Made by a program: the position numbers and the translations under genes. Under the pieces are notes generated by a model, which worked only from the letters and a program-made list of their open reading frames with translations, had not been told where the DNA came from and did not search any database. From contig OZ252220.1 in NCBI GenBank assembly GCA_965249135.1, positions 544,001 to 608,000 on the forward strand: 64,000 nucleotides of DNA, in the 5' to 3' direction. The DNA comes from Alphaproteobacteria bacterium. Lineage in GTDB: Bacteria; Pseudomonadota; Alphaproteobacteria; GCA-2746255. Below, piece by piece: positions 45,027-54,747 of this stretch (positions within the stretch are counted from its first letter, which is position 1; each line of letters begins with the position of its first letter).

Positions 45027-45465
45027 ATGGATAGCAGAGAAGTTGAGAGAACGGAAAGCGAAGGCATGCCCTGCCCTGCCGTTCGCTATGGACTGCTTGT
45101 TTTCGGCTGGACAAATATCTGCCTCGGGGCCTTGGGTGCGGTGCTCCCCGTTCTGCCGACGACGATCTTTCTGATCCTCGCTCTTTGGGCGTTCTCGAAA
45201 AGCTCGCTCCGGTTCCATCGCTGGCTTTATACGCACCCCTGGCTGGGCCGAACGCTGCGTGCCTGGCACCGCGCGGACCATCCCGCGGCGCGCCAAGGTG
45301 CTGGCGATAACGACGATGGCTTTGAGCCTCCTCACCGTCACCGTCGTTACGGAAACCTGGTGGCTGCCGGCGGGTTTGGCCCTCGGCCTCGCGAGCATTG
45401 CCGCCTATATCCTTTCGCGGCCGAGTGAGGTCACGGGATCTTCGTCTTCGCACCCCCTCGCTTAG
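45027..45465 (+). pseudogene. YbaN/DUF454-family membrane protein, frameshifted near 45272
   Basis: GAVLPVLPTTIF...SSLRFHRWL...GRTLRAWH is in one frame and IPRRAKVLAITTM...SRPS in another. Confidence 0.75.
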
Positions 45466-45473
45466 AAACCCCT

Positions 45474-46049
45474 TCAGGCCGCAAGCCTCACAATCACATC
45501 GGCAACCTTCGCGCCAAGCGCCTCGACGACTTTTTGCTGATCCTTGTTCCTGAGTCCGCCGTCTGGACGAAAGGCGTGCTGCGCCTCGCCGACGGCCAAC
45601 TGGTCCGGGATGACGAGCACCTTGATGTTGCTAAGGATGGCGCGCACATGGACAAGGCCGCGAAGGCCACCAAGCCCGCCGGGGGACGCACTCATGATGG
45701 CGGCAACCTTGCCTACGAAACAGGCAAGCGGCGCCTCGCCGGCAACCGGCCGCGAGGCCCAGTCGATGGCGTTCTTCAAGGTCGGCGTGATGGAGCTGTT
45801 GTATTCCGGGCAGGCGATCAAGAATCCCTGATGGGCGAGCATCCGATCTTTCAATTCCCTAGCGCCTTCGGGGAGGCCTTCGATCCGCTCGAGATCCTCA
45901 TCGAACAGCGGCAGGCGAAGTTCTCGTAAATTCACGACGGTTACTTCGGCGCCGGCCGCCCTGGCGGCGCGCACTGCAATCTCCAGCAGCTTTGCGTTGT
46001 GGGAGCCATCGCGGCTGCTGCCTGCGAAGGCCAGAATCTTCGGCGTCAT
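45474..46049 (-). CDS. NADPH-dependent FMN reductase
   Basis: GSSRDGS, PEYNSS, LKNAIDWASR and SPGGLGG motifs. Confidence 0.92.
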   Translation of the reverse strand: MTPKILAFAGSSRDGSHNAKLLEIAVRAARAAGAEVTVVNLRELRLPLFDEDLERIEGLPEGARELKDRMLAHQGFLIACPEYNSSITPTLKNAIDWASRPVAGEAPLACFVGKVAAIMSASPGGLGGLRGLVHVRAILSNIKVLVIPDQLAVGEAQHAFRPDGGLRNKDQQKVVEALGAKVADVIVRLAA

Positions 46050-46215
46050 CGCTTCTTCCTCCCTGTCACGAAGGAAGGATACCCGTCTTAACCGCTTTCA
46101 ACAAATTCCAGCAAAGCGACGGGGTTCACCCGATAAGCGCCTTTCGGTTGCCGCCTGGGGCGAAGGCGTGGGGCGGTCCGAAGCGGCTCGGAAGCGAAGC
46201 AACGGAGGCCTTGCC

Positions 46216-46329
46216 ATGGGCAGGAGGGGGGGGGCGCTTTTCGTTTCACTGGCCGTTGGTCCGTTGCTCGCGGCATGCGCAAGGCACGACCCTCCTTACG
46301 CCCAGCAGCCGTTCGCCCATTCCTTTTGA
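46216..46329 (+). CDS. Possible 37-aa lipoprotein or gene remnant
   Basis: GGAGG RBS; MGRRGGALFVSLAVGPLLAAC lipobox; G9 run at 46226-46234. Confidence 0.3.
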   Translation: MGRRGGALFVSLAVGPLLAACARHDPPYAQQPFAHSF

Positions 46330-46415
46330 TTAAGGACCACCGTTCGCCCAGCGCTTCTTTTGCAGGAACGTGCGCCTGTGGTAGAACGCCTTATTAGGAA
46401 AAGGGGGGCTTAACG

Positions 46416-47819
46416 ATGGCGAAGAAGCCGTCTTTCCGGGTCGAAAGCGACTCCATGGGCGAACTCCGCGTTCCCGCCGACAGGTATTGGGGGGCCCAGA
46501 CGCAACGATCGCTTCAAAACTTCCGGATCGGCGGCGAAAGGATGCCGAAACCTCTGATCCGGGCGCTTGGCATTCAGAAGATGGCGGCGGCGAGGGCGAA
46601 CATGGAACTCGGCGCGCTGAAGCAGCGTTTGGGAAAGGCCGTCATTGCCGCCGCCGACGAGGTGCTTCGCGGCAAGCTCGACGACCACTTCCCGCTGGTC
46701 GTCTGGCAGACCGGCTCCGGCACCCAGACGAACATGAACGCAAACGAGGTGATCGCGAACCGGGCTATCCAGAAATTGGGCGGGAAGATGGGCTCGAAAG
46801 AACCCATCCACCCGAACGATCACGTGAACATGGGCCAGTCGTCGAACGACACCTTCCCGACGGCGATGCACATCGCGGCCGTCGAGGAAATCAACCGCGA
46901 ACTTCTGCCCGCCCTTCAGGAAATGCGAAAGGCCTTGACCGCGAAGGTCCGCAGCTTCGCGAAGCTGACGAAGATCGGCCGCACCCACCTCCAGGACGCA
47001 ACGCCTCTGACGCTCGGTCAGGAATTCTCCGGCTACGCCACCCAGATCGATTACGGCATCGATCGGGTGAAGGGGTGCCTGCCCAGGCTGCTTCAGCTTG
47101 CCCAGGGCGGCACGGCCGTCGGCACCGGGCTCAACACAAAACCCGCCTTCGCCAAGACCTTCGCCCGCAACGTGGCGAAGATCACCGGCCTTCGCTTCGT
47201 CACGGCGCCCAATAAATTCGAAGCACTGGCCGCCCACGACGCCATCGTCGAGGCCTCGGGCGCCTTGAACACGCTGGCCGTCTCGCTCATGAAGATCGCG
47301 AACGACATCCGCCTGCTTGGCTCCGGCCCACGCTGCGGCATCGGCGAGCTGATCCTGCCGGCGAACGAGCCCGGCTCCTCGATCATGCCGGGCAAGGTGA
47401 ACCCGACCCAGGCCGAGGCGCTTACCATGGTCGCGGCACAGGTCATCGGCAACCACACGGCCATCAGCGTCGCCGGCGCGAGCGGGCACTTCGAGTTGAA
47501 CGTCTTCAAGCCGGTAATGATTTACAATTTGTTGCAGTCGATCCGGCTGTTGGCGGACGCCTCACGAAGTTTCACGAAGAACTGCATCGTCGGCATCAAG
47601 CCGAACAAGGAACGCATCGATCGGCTTCTGCACGAATCCCTCATGCTGGTGACGGCGCTGAACCCCCATATCGGCTACGACAACGCGGCGAAGGTCGCAA
47701 AGAAGGCCCATGCCGAGGGCACCACGCTTAAAGCCGCCGCCCTTGCCCTTGGATTGCTGACGGAAAAGGAATTCGATCGGGTCGTGCGGCCGGAGAAGAT
47801 GACCGAACCCAGAAAATGA
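46416..47819 (+). CDS. fumC: Fumarate hydratase class II
   Basis: [15 protein letters not shown] and [11 protein letters not shown] signature. Confidence 0.97.
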   Translation: MAKKPSFRVESDSMGELRVPADRYWGAQTQRSLQNFRIGGERMPKPLIRALGIQKMAAARANMELGALKQRLGKAVIAAADEVLRGKLDDHFPLVVWQTGSGTQTNMNANEVIANRAIQKLGGKMGSKEPIHPNDHVNMGQSSNDTFPTAMHIAAVEEINRELLPALQEMRKALTAKVRSFAKLTKIGRTHLQDATPLTLGQEFSGYATQIDYGIDRVKGCLPRLLQLAQGGTAVGTGLNTKPAFAKTFARNVAKITGLRFVTAPNKFEALAAHDAIVEASGALNTLAVSLMKIANDIRLLGSGPRCGIGELILPANEPGSSIMPGKVNPTQAEALTMVAAQVIGNHTAISVAGASGHFELNVFKPVMIYNLLQSIRLLADASRSFTKNCIVGIKPNKERIDRLLHESLMLVTALNPHIGYDNAAKVAKKAHAEGTTLKAAALALGLLTEKEFDRVVRPEKMTEPRK

Positions 47820-47829
47820 GGGAACGATC

Positions 47830-48240
47830 TTAGGATTCTTCGGGCAAGGGCCCGTTTTCGCCGATTCGCTTCCGCGCTTCCTGCATCTCGTCCACCGCCG
47901 CGTCGAAAAACGCATCGAGCCGGTCGCGCATCTTCGGAGCAAGCTGCACGAGCCTCGAGCGTGCGTCCTTCGGGTTCGCCGTTTCCACGACGATCCCCCG
48001 CTCGATCGCCACATCCAGATACTTGCCGGCCGTATGGGCGCTTCGGATGGCCCGCATGAATCGCAACGCGTCCGTCTTGCGGACGGGTTCTTCGCTGTGC
48101 CAGATGTTGGTGAGCAGATCCCAGTACGCGGTCGAGTAAAACTCCTTGTCGTCCTCGAAGACGCCAAGCCAGTGCTCGCCGATCCGATCCAGCATCGTCA
48201 GATATTGCCGCCGCTGGGTGGGATTGTATTTGAAGCTCAT
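47830..48240 (-). CDS. MarR-like winged-helix protein
   Basis: NPKDARSRLVQL wing motif typical of MarR-type proteins; ATG after GGAGG. Confidence 0.7.
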   Translation of the reverse strand: MSFKYNPTQRRQYLTMLDRIGEHWLGVFEDDKEFYSTAYWDLLTNIWHSEEPVRKTDALRFMRAIRSAHTAGKYLDVAIERGIVVETANPKDARSRLVQLAPKMRDRLDAFFDAAVDEMQEARKRIGENGPLPEES

Positions 48241-48434
48241 GCCTCCTGCCCCCTTTGCCGGTAACGCCGGAACCATAACGGTTTGTCCGAAGAATACAAT
48301 CAATAATACACCTATAATCCTATCTAGCCTGCGCTCCGATCCGCCTCGCGCATCTGGGCCATCAAATAAAGTCTATTTATTACAAATAGTTAAATAGATA
48401 GCAGGATAATTTATCATTAAAACTAACAATTCTA

Positions 48435-48463
48435 TTGACATCATTTCTAGATGCATATCTAAT
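48435..48463 (+). promoter_or_regulatory. Sigma70 promoter of the surface lipoprotein gene
   Basis: TTGACA-N17-TCTAAT within an AT-rich divergent intergenic region. Confidence 0.6.
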
Positions 48464-48516
48464 TCTAACTGACATTGCAACCCACAATTCGAATGAGCGG
48501 TTTGGAGGCGAAGACC

Positions 48517-48993
48517 ATGAACAGAAAACACACCCTTCTTGCGATCCCTCTCGCATTCGCAATTGCGCTTTCCGGCTGTACGGCCACGAACTCCGGCCCG
48601 AAACAGACGGGTGGCACGTTTCTCGGCGCCGGACTTGGCGCATTGGGCGGCTCGCAGATCGGCAAAGGGCGCGGCAAACTCGTCGCCGTCGCCATCGGCA
48701 CGCTTCTCGGCGCCGGCCTCGGCAGCTCAATCGGCCAATCCCTCGACCGGGCCGACCGCCTCTACATGGCGCGCACGTCGTCAGCTGCGTTCGAGTCGAG
48801 CCCGACCGGCCAGACGACCACCTGGGTCAATCCGGACAGCGGCAATTCCGGCACGGTGACGCCGACTCGCACCTATCAGTCGCAGAACCGTTACTGCCGC
48901 GAGTTTCAACAGAGCGTGACCGTCGGCGGCAACACGCAACAGGCCTATGGCACGGCCTGCCGCCAGGCAGACGGTAGCTGGGAAATCATCTGA
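48517..48993 (+). CDS. 17-kDa surface antigen-like glycine-zipper lipoprotein (RT0821/Lpp0805-like)
   Basis: Lipobox LSGC, glycine zipper, WVNPDSGNSG, YCREFQQ and YGTACRQADGSW. Confidence 0.88.
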   Translation: MNRKHTLLAIPLAFAIALSGCTATNSGPKQTGGTFLGAGLGALGGSQIGKGRGKLVAVAIGTLLGAGLGSSIGQSLDRADRLYMARTSSAAFESSPTGQTTTWVNPDSGNSGTVTPTRTYQSQNRYCREFQQSVTVGGNTQQAYGTACRQADGSWEII

Positions 48994-49035
48994 GGCTATG
49001 GAAGCTCCCGAAACTTGTTTCCATAGGAGGGGATC

Positions 49036-50042
49036 ATGACCGACAAAAAATAAATTTCGTACAGAGCGATGCCTTCTTCTACTCAGCGGTCGTGCACATT
49101 GCCATCCTCCTAACGGTTCTTCTGTCCATGCTTCTCAAACCAACACCGGTCGACGAGCAAACGACGATCGAAATCGATGTCCTGGCAAGCATGCCGGAAG
49201 CATTGCAGGAAAATGCCCCACAGGATGCTTCCAATCCGGAGGCATCAAAGACCGAAGCAGCGGTGGCGGAGAGGAAGGCGACTTCGCCTTCCTCTCCCGT
49301 CCAGCCAGAACCCTTGCCGGAACCTGTGAAGGCGGCTTCGGCTCCTGCCCAGTTAGAACCCTTGCAAGCACCTTTCAAGGTCGCCGTCGCGGCCGCGAAT
49401 GTAACGCGTGATCCGCTGGAAGAACGTGCCCAAAACGGCAATGCCGACGCCCAGTATCAGATGGCGATTCGCTACAAGGATGGGACCGGCGTCCAGGCAA
49501 ATGACGAAACCGCCGCAAAATGGTTTCTCGCCGCCGCCGCCCAGAGCCATGCCGACGCCCAATACTGGGCCGGCGTCTATACCTATCACGGCCGTGGCAC
49601 CGCCATGGATCGGCCACGTGCCAGGCAATGGCTGGAAAACGCTGCCGCCCAGGGCCACGCCGGAGCACAGGTCATCCTGGCGGCGCCACCCCCCATCCGG
49701 AACCCGCGCAATCCGTACGTTTCAACAGCGCAGCCAATGGTTTACGCAGCGGCAAACACGCCCGTTCGTGGCTATCCCTTTGGAACGGCCATACAACAAA
49801 GGCCCGTACAACAGATTGTAACGACACGCGTACAAACGCCGACACCGACGCATCTCTACTCTGTCTCGGAGAGAAGCGTGCGATCGGCATTACGGGAGTC
49901 ATACAGAACCGGAACGCCGCTAGTAATCCATGCTGGCGACAGGCTGTCGAGGCCGCTTCACATAACCCCGCAACAGGCTGGCAATAGGGATTTTACGGAC
50001 TGGCTGCTCTGTGACGTCCTGAAATTGCAAATGCGGGATTAA
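49036..50042 (+). CDS. Membrane-anchored Sel1-repeat protein; RBS-proximal start is out of frame at an A6 tract
   Basis: Sel1 repeats AQYQMA...GV...A.KWF..AA.Q.HADAQY. The open frame extends upstream of the called GTG (49092) through INFVQSDAFFYSAVVH. GGAGG-ATG at 49036 reads MTDKK*. Confidence 0.7.
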
Positions 50043-50077
50043 GAGAAAACTATAACCAACGCCCCCCCCCGCCACTT

Positions 50078-50106
50078 AGGCCCGGCCTCCGCGCCGGGCC
50101 TTTTTT
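50078..50106 (+). terminator. Rho-independent terminator
   Basis: AGGCCCGGC-6nt-GCCGGGCCT followed by TTTTT. Confidence 0.85.
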
Positions 50107-50125
50107 GTGCCGTCACCCGGCAGGG

Positions 50126-50380
50126 TTATTGTTGGCTTGCCCGTTTCAGGAGATCGAGAGCCTTTTTCAGCGTCTTGATCGACCGATCGTGCTCGCCGGC
50201 CTCGTGCTGCCTTTCACCCAGCGCGCGCAATTTCTCGATTTCCGCAAGTGTCTCTTGCGCAAGCTTCGGACCGTCCGCAAGGGCGGCGTCGATCCGTACC
50301 CAAAGGGAGGGGCAATAATTGGCAAAGGCCGGCGAGGCAAGACCCAGCAAAAGCACGCCGGCAAGGAGAAGGTGTTTCAT
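50126..50380 (-). CDS. Small secreted helical protein
   Basis: Signal peptide ending SPAFA; CP motif and HxxGxH. Confidence 0.75.
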   Translation of the reverse strand: MKHLLLAGVLLLGLASPAFANYCPSLWVRIDAALADGPKLAQETLAEIEKLRALGERQHEAGEHDRSIKTLKKALDLLKRASQQ

Positions 50381-50427
50381 AAGCTCTCTTTCTGGCCATC
50401 TTCCGTTTCACCATCTAGGCTAACACC

Positions 50428-51030
50428 ATGATGGCGGATTCAACATCCCGTTTCGAAAAGGCCATTGCCGCCATCGACGCGGCGAACGCACAAGATCCGA
50501 ACACAGCCCTTCATGGGGGCCGCGAATTTCCAAAAGAGCTTCTTTACGCCATTCGCATGACGGAATGGCTCGAACGCTTCAAGCCGGAGGCTTCCGACGC
50601 GCTTCACCTTGCCGCGCGCGGCCAGCACATCCGGCGCTGGGAAATTCCGCGCAGCGATTATCCGATGGACCGCATCGGCTATTTGAAATGGCGAACGGCG
50701 CTAAAACACTTTCACGCCGAGCTCGCCGAAAAGATCCTCTTTGATGCCGGCTACGACGCCACCTTGATCATTCGTGTGCAATCGCTGATCCGGAAAGAAC
50801 AGTTGAAGCAGGACGAAGAGGTGCAGGCCCTGGAGGACGTGATTTGCCTTGTCTTCCTGGAAAATTATTTCGCGGAGTTTTTGGAAAAGCACGAGGAGGA
50901 AAAGATCGTCGAAATCGTGCAAAAAACCTGGAAGAAGATGTCGCCCGCGGCCCAAAAGACCGCACTGCAACTCGAACTTTCGCCAGCCGCGCGTGCCCGG
51001 ATCGAAAAGGCGCTTCAAGCGCCCGGCTGA
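50428..51030 (+). CDS. DUF4202-family protein
   Basis: IDAANAQDP, QHIRRWEIPR, GYLKWR, EDVICLVFL and KTWKKMS motifs. Confidence 0.82.
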   Translation: MMADSTSRFEKAIAAIDAANAQDPNTALHGGREFPKELLYAIRMTEWLERFKPEASDALHLAARGQHIRRWEIPRSDYPMDRIGYLKWRTALKHFHAELAEKILFDAGYDATLIIRVQSLIRKEQLKQDEEVQALEDVICLVFLENYFAEFLEKHEEEKIVEIVQKTWKKMSPAAQKTALQLELSPAARARIEKALQAPG

Positions 51031-51032
51031 TC

Positions 51033-51455
51033 TTATGCGCCTGCGTCTTCTTCCGATGATCCCTTCAGTTCGACCGTGTTGCCGTCGGGATCCTCGATAT
51101 AGATGGAAGGCCCCATCCCGTCCGCGCCGTAGCGCATTTCAATCTCGCTGTGGGAGACGCCATGGCTCTCCAAGTGCTTCAAGATATCCGGTCCATCGAA
51201 GGGCGCAACCTTAAGGGCCAGGTGATCGACGTTCCGGCCCGTCTTGCCCGGTGCGGCACCGCCCTTCTTGCCGATGACGCCGTCGATGCTGACGAGATCA
51301 ATCAGCGCGCTGCCGGCCCGAAGCTGGGTGAGGCCGAAATCGTCCACCGTGCGCTCGAGCGTGCATCCGAGGACCTCCGTATAGAACCGAATGGCGCGCT
51401 CGACATCCGAAACGCGCAGGACGACGTGATCGATTTTCTGGATCTCGAAGGTCAT
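51033..51455 (-). CDS. VOC/glyoxalase family protein
   Basis: IDHVVLRV, NVDHLAL and YIEDPDGNTVELK. Confidence 0.9.
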   Translation of the reverse strand: MTFEIQKIDHVVLRVSDVERAIRFYTEVLGCTLERTVDDFGLTQLRAGSALIDLVSIDGVIGKKGGAAPGKTGRNVDHLALKVAPFDGPDILKHLESHGVSHSEIEMRYGADGMGPSIYIEDPDGNTVELKGSSEEDAGA

Positions 51456-51511
51456 CGTCTTTCACCCATTGCCTTTCCGGCCATTCTAATCGCAAATCTC
51501 CGCCGATCTGC

Positions 51512-52669
51512 CTACGAATGCATGCGCCCCTTCCATTCGCCGCCCGCGTTCCGCCAATGGCGCCGTGCCGAATCGAACGTCATCCCGCAATAGAGTAAGG
51601 CGACGAAGGGAAGGAAGAGCGCGACCCACGGCGCAGCCCCATAAAGCCGCAAGCTCGGCCGGTAACTCGCCATCATCAGCGCCCAGGCGGCAAGGCCGAA
51701 GGCAAGCGACGTTCCGCTTTCATGAGCCCCGTGGGACAGCACAAGGATCGGCGGCACCAGATAGGTGACGGTCATGCCGATCAGCGTGCCCATGAGCCGT
51801 AAGAGCGAATGGCGAAGCTCCGTATAGGCGGTGCGCGCCACCATGTTCCATATCCCATTTAAGCCTTCATAGGCGCGAAGACTCCTCGCGTCTTCCGTCA
51901 ATCCCAGCCAGATCGGGCCTTCCGCCTTGATCTGGCGGGCAAGGGCGCAATCGTCGATCAGCTCGCCCTGAATGGCGGTGAGCCCGCCTATTCGCTGGAC
52001 GGCCGATCGCCGGGCCAGCATGCACCCGCCGGCCGCCGCCGCCGTCGGTTTCACCGGATCGTTCACCCATGGAAACGGATAGAGCATCTGAAAAAAGAAA
52101 ACGAAGGCCGGAAGCAAAAGGCGCTCCCAAAAACCTTCGATTCGAAGCCGGACCATCAGCGAGACGAGGTCAAGCGCCTCGCCTTCCGCCTTTGCGACGA
52201 GGGCTTTCAGGCCAGTGGGCGCATGGGCGATGTCGGCATCCGTGAAAAGCAAGAAGCGGGCCTCCGGCGCAAACGCGTCCACGTGCTGCCGGCCTTGTTC
52301 CATCGCCCACACCTTTCCCGCCCATTCCTTCGGAGGCGGCGTGCCATCCACCACGAGAAGCGCGTGCCCTTTGCCGAGCGCTTCCGCCACGGCCCGGGCC
52401 TGATCCGCCGTTCCGTCTTTACTTCCGTCATCGACCAGGATCACGGAAAACCTTCCCGGATAATCCTGGCTTAGAAGCGATTTCACGGCCTCGCCGATGA
52501 CGGAAAATTCGTTGCGCGCCGGAACGACGGCGACGACCTCCGGCCAACTCGTCAATGCGCGTGGCGGGCGGGAAAGCTTTTGATCCGCCCGCCAGAAATC
52601 GCCCCGGAAGAAAACGAGATAGACCCAGATGGCGAAGGAAAGGGCGCCGAGGATGGGAAGCCACGCCAT
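51512..52669 (-). CDS. hpnB: GT2 glycosyltransferase, HpnB-like (hopanoid-associated)
   Basis: VPARNE, VDDGSKDGT, GKVWAM, FTDADI, AAAGGC, LIDDCALA and WKGR motifs. Confidence 0.72.
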   Translation of the reverse strand: MAWLPILGALSFAIWVYLVFFRGDFWRADQKLSRPPRALTSWPEVVAVVPARNEFSVIGEAVKSLLSQDYPGRFSVILVDDGSKDGTADQARAVAEALGKGHALLVVDGTPPPKEWAGKVWAMEQGRQHVDAFAPEARFLLFTDADIAHAPTGLKALVAKAEGEALDLVSLMVRLRIEGFWERLLLPAFVFFFQMLYPFPWVNDPVKPTAAAAGGCMLARRSAVQRIGGLTAIQGELIDDCALARQIKAEGPIWLGLTEDARSLRAYEGLNGIWNMVARTAYTELRHSLLRLMGTLIGMTVTYLVPPILVLSHGAHESGTSLAFGLAAWALMMASYRPSLRLYGAAPWVALFLPFVALLYCGMTFDSARRHWRNAGGEWKGRMHS

Positions 52670-52674
52670 GTCGA

Positions 52675-53301
52675 TTACGTTGCCCCGCGGGAGCCGGCCG
52701 CAAGAAAGCGTTCCATCCCTTCCCGTAAAATTTCGGCACGCTCCAGCTTGCGACGTAGAAAACGACGCGTACGTGCCTGTTCCGGAGTTGCGTCCCGGAC
52801 CCAGACGGCAAGGGTCGCGAGCAAGATGAGCGTCAGCCCCACCTCCTCCGCTTGACGGCGAAGACCGCCGGCATCCAGAAGCGCCGCCTCCCGCACCCAA
52901 TGAATCGTACGCGACAGATTGAAAATCAGCGGCACCCAGTGATGAGGGTGGGACGGATAAAGTTTCGTGGCAAGCATCTCCGCCGTCACCTTCCGGTGGA
53001 GAGCCAGCGCATCGAACCACTTGAGGATCACCTGATAGAGCCGCTCGCGGGCCGGCAACGCGGCAAAGCCCGCCGCAGGCGGCGCCAGCATCGCCAGATG
53101 GGCGCGCTCAAAATAGACGTTCGCCACCTGGTCCAGATCGCGGAAATGGAGCCGCACCTGGTCGAGCGAAAGGCCCAACTCATCGGCAAGCGAATGCAGG
53201 CGCAAGTTTTCCCAGCCGACGCACTCGGCCATCCGGATCGTCGCATCGACGATACGATCCGCCTCGGTAGCCCTCACTTTTCCCTTTGCTCCCGTAGGCA
53301 T
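52675..53301 (-). CDS. TetR-fold protein
   Basis: N-terminal HTH-like IVDATIRMAECVGWENLRLHSLA; RERL...WFDAL; C-terminal RTRRFL. Confidence 0.75.
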   Translation of the reverse strand: MPTGAKGKVRATEADRIVDATIRMAECVGWENLRLHSLADELGLSLDQVRLHFRDLDQVANVYFERAHLAMLAPPAAGFAALPARERLYQVILKWFDALALHRKVTAEMLATKLYPSHPHHWVPLIFNLSRTIHWVREAALLDAGGLRRQAEEVGLTLILLATLAVWVRDATPEQARTRRFLRRKLERAEILREGMERFLAAGSRGAT

Positions 53302-53396
53302 GGAATTCTTGAGCCCCTTCGACGCCCAATCCTCTCCCCATTCCCTATATAGTGAGGGTGGGCACGCAAGCGACGCAAGGCCAAGCAAGGAAAGAC

Positions 53397-54737
53397 ATGG
53401 ACGACCAGGAAACGGATCGCCTTTCGAGGCGGGTCAAACGCTACGCGAAGGTAGGGGCTGCGGTCGGTGGGTTGGCGGCGGATTTGGCCGGCAAACAGAT
53501 CTTCGGGCTGCCGCTCGATCGCGATCGGCATGCGATGGAGCTGAGGACGGCCCTTGGTGGGCTCAAGGGCCCGCTGATGAAGGTGGCTCAGCTGCTTTCC
53601 AGCGTGCCGGACATGCTGCCCCAAGAATATGCCCGCGAGCTGACGGAGCTTCAGGCGAACGCGCCTTCCATGGGATGGCCGTTCGTGAAGCGCCGCATGA
53701 CGAGCGAGCTGGGCCCGGACTGGCAAGGCCGATTCAAAAGTTTCGAGCGTGAAGCGGCGGCCGCCGCCTCCCTTGGTCAGGTGCATTACGCGGTTGGCAA
53801 GGACGACCGCGAGCTTGCCTGCAAGCTTCAATACCCGGACATGGAATCGACCGTGGTGGCGGATCTGAAACAGCTAAAGCTGATTTTCCATATCTATCGC
53901 CGTTTCGACAGCGCCGTCGATACCGGCGAGATCTATGAAGAAATCTCCGAGCGGCTTCGCGAGGAACTCGACTACCACCGCGAGGCGCGTCACATGGCCC
54001 TCTATAGCCACATGCTGCAAGCAGAGCCGGGCGTCCACGTGCCAAAAGCCATCTTTGAGCTTTCGGCGAAACGCCTGTTGACGATGGACTGGCTGCACGG
54101 GCGAAAACTTCTCGAGTTCAAGGACCACGACCCGGAACACCGCAACCAGGTCGCACGCAACATGTTCCGCACCTGGTACGTTCCCTTCTACGCTTACGGC
54201 ATCATCCACGGCGATCCGCATCTTGGAAACTATTCCGTGCGCGAGGATTTCACGATCAACCTGCTCGATTTTGGTTGCATCCGGGTCTTCCCGCCCTCCT
54301 TCGTTCAAAGCGTCATCGATCTTTACAAAGCGCTTCGCGACAACGACGAAGCGCTTGCCATCGCCGCATACGAAACCTGGGGGTTCAAGGATCTTTCGAG
54401 GGAACTGATCGAAGTGCTTAACATCTGGGCTCGGTTTGTCTACGCGCCCCTCATGGAGGATCGGGTGCGCCCGATCGAGGAGACGAACGCCACCGCCTAT
54501 GGCGCGGAGACGGCGGCGAAGGTCCATGGCGAGCTCAAGCGTCTCGGCGGCATCACCCCGCCCCGCGAATTCGTCCTCATGGACCGGGCGACGCTTGGGC
54601 TCGGCTCTGCCTTCCTGCACCTGAAGGCGAAGATCAACTGGTACCAGTTGTTCCACGAACTGATCGACGGCCTCGACGTGAAGGCGATCGGCGCGCGTCA
54701 GGCGACGGCGCTTCGCAAAGCCGATTTGGTTCCGTAA
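53397..54737 (+). CDS. UbiB/ABC1 atypical kinase (COQ8/ADCK3-like)
   Basis: LKGPLMKVAQ (KxGQ variant), AAASLGQVH, KLQYP, REELDY, HGDPHLGN and LDFG motifs. Confidence 0.88.
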   Translation: MDDQETDRLSRRVKRYAKVGAAVGGLAADLAGKQIFGLPLDRDRHAMELRTALGGLKGPLMKVAQLLSSVPDMLPQEYARELTELQANAPSMGWPFVKRRMTSELGPDWQGRFKSFEREAAAAASLGQVHYAVGKDDRELACKLQYPDMESTVVADLKQLKLIFHIYRRFDSAVDTGEIYEEISERLREELDYHREARHMALYSHMLQAEPGVHVPKAIFELSAKRLLTMDWLHGRKLLEFKDHDPEHRNQVARNMFRTWYVPFYAYGIIHGDPHLGNYSVREDFTINLLDFGCIRVFPPSFVQSVIDLYKALRDNDEALAIAAYETWGFKDLSRELIEVLNIWARFVYAPLMEDRVRPIEETNATAYGAETAAKVHGELKRLGGITPPREFVLMDRATLGLGSAFLHLKAKINWYQLFHELIDGLDVKAIGARQATALRKADLVP

Positions 54738-54747
54738 AAGATAAGGA

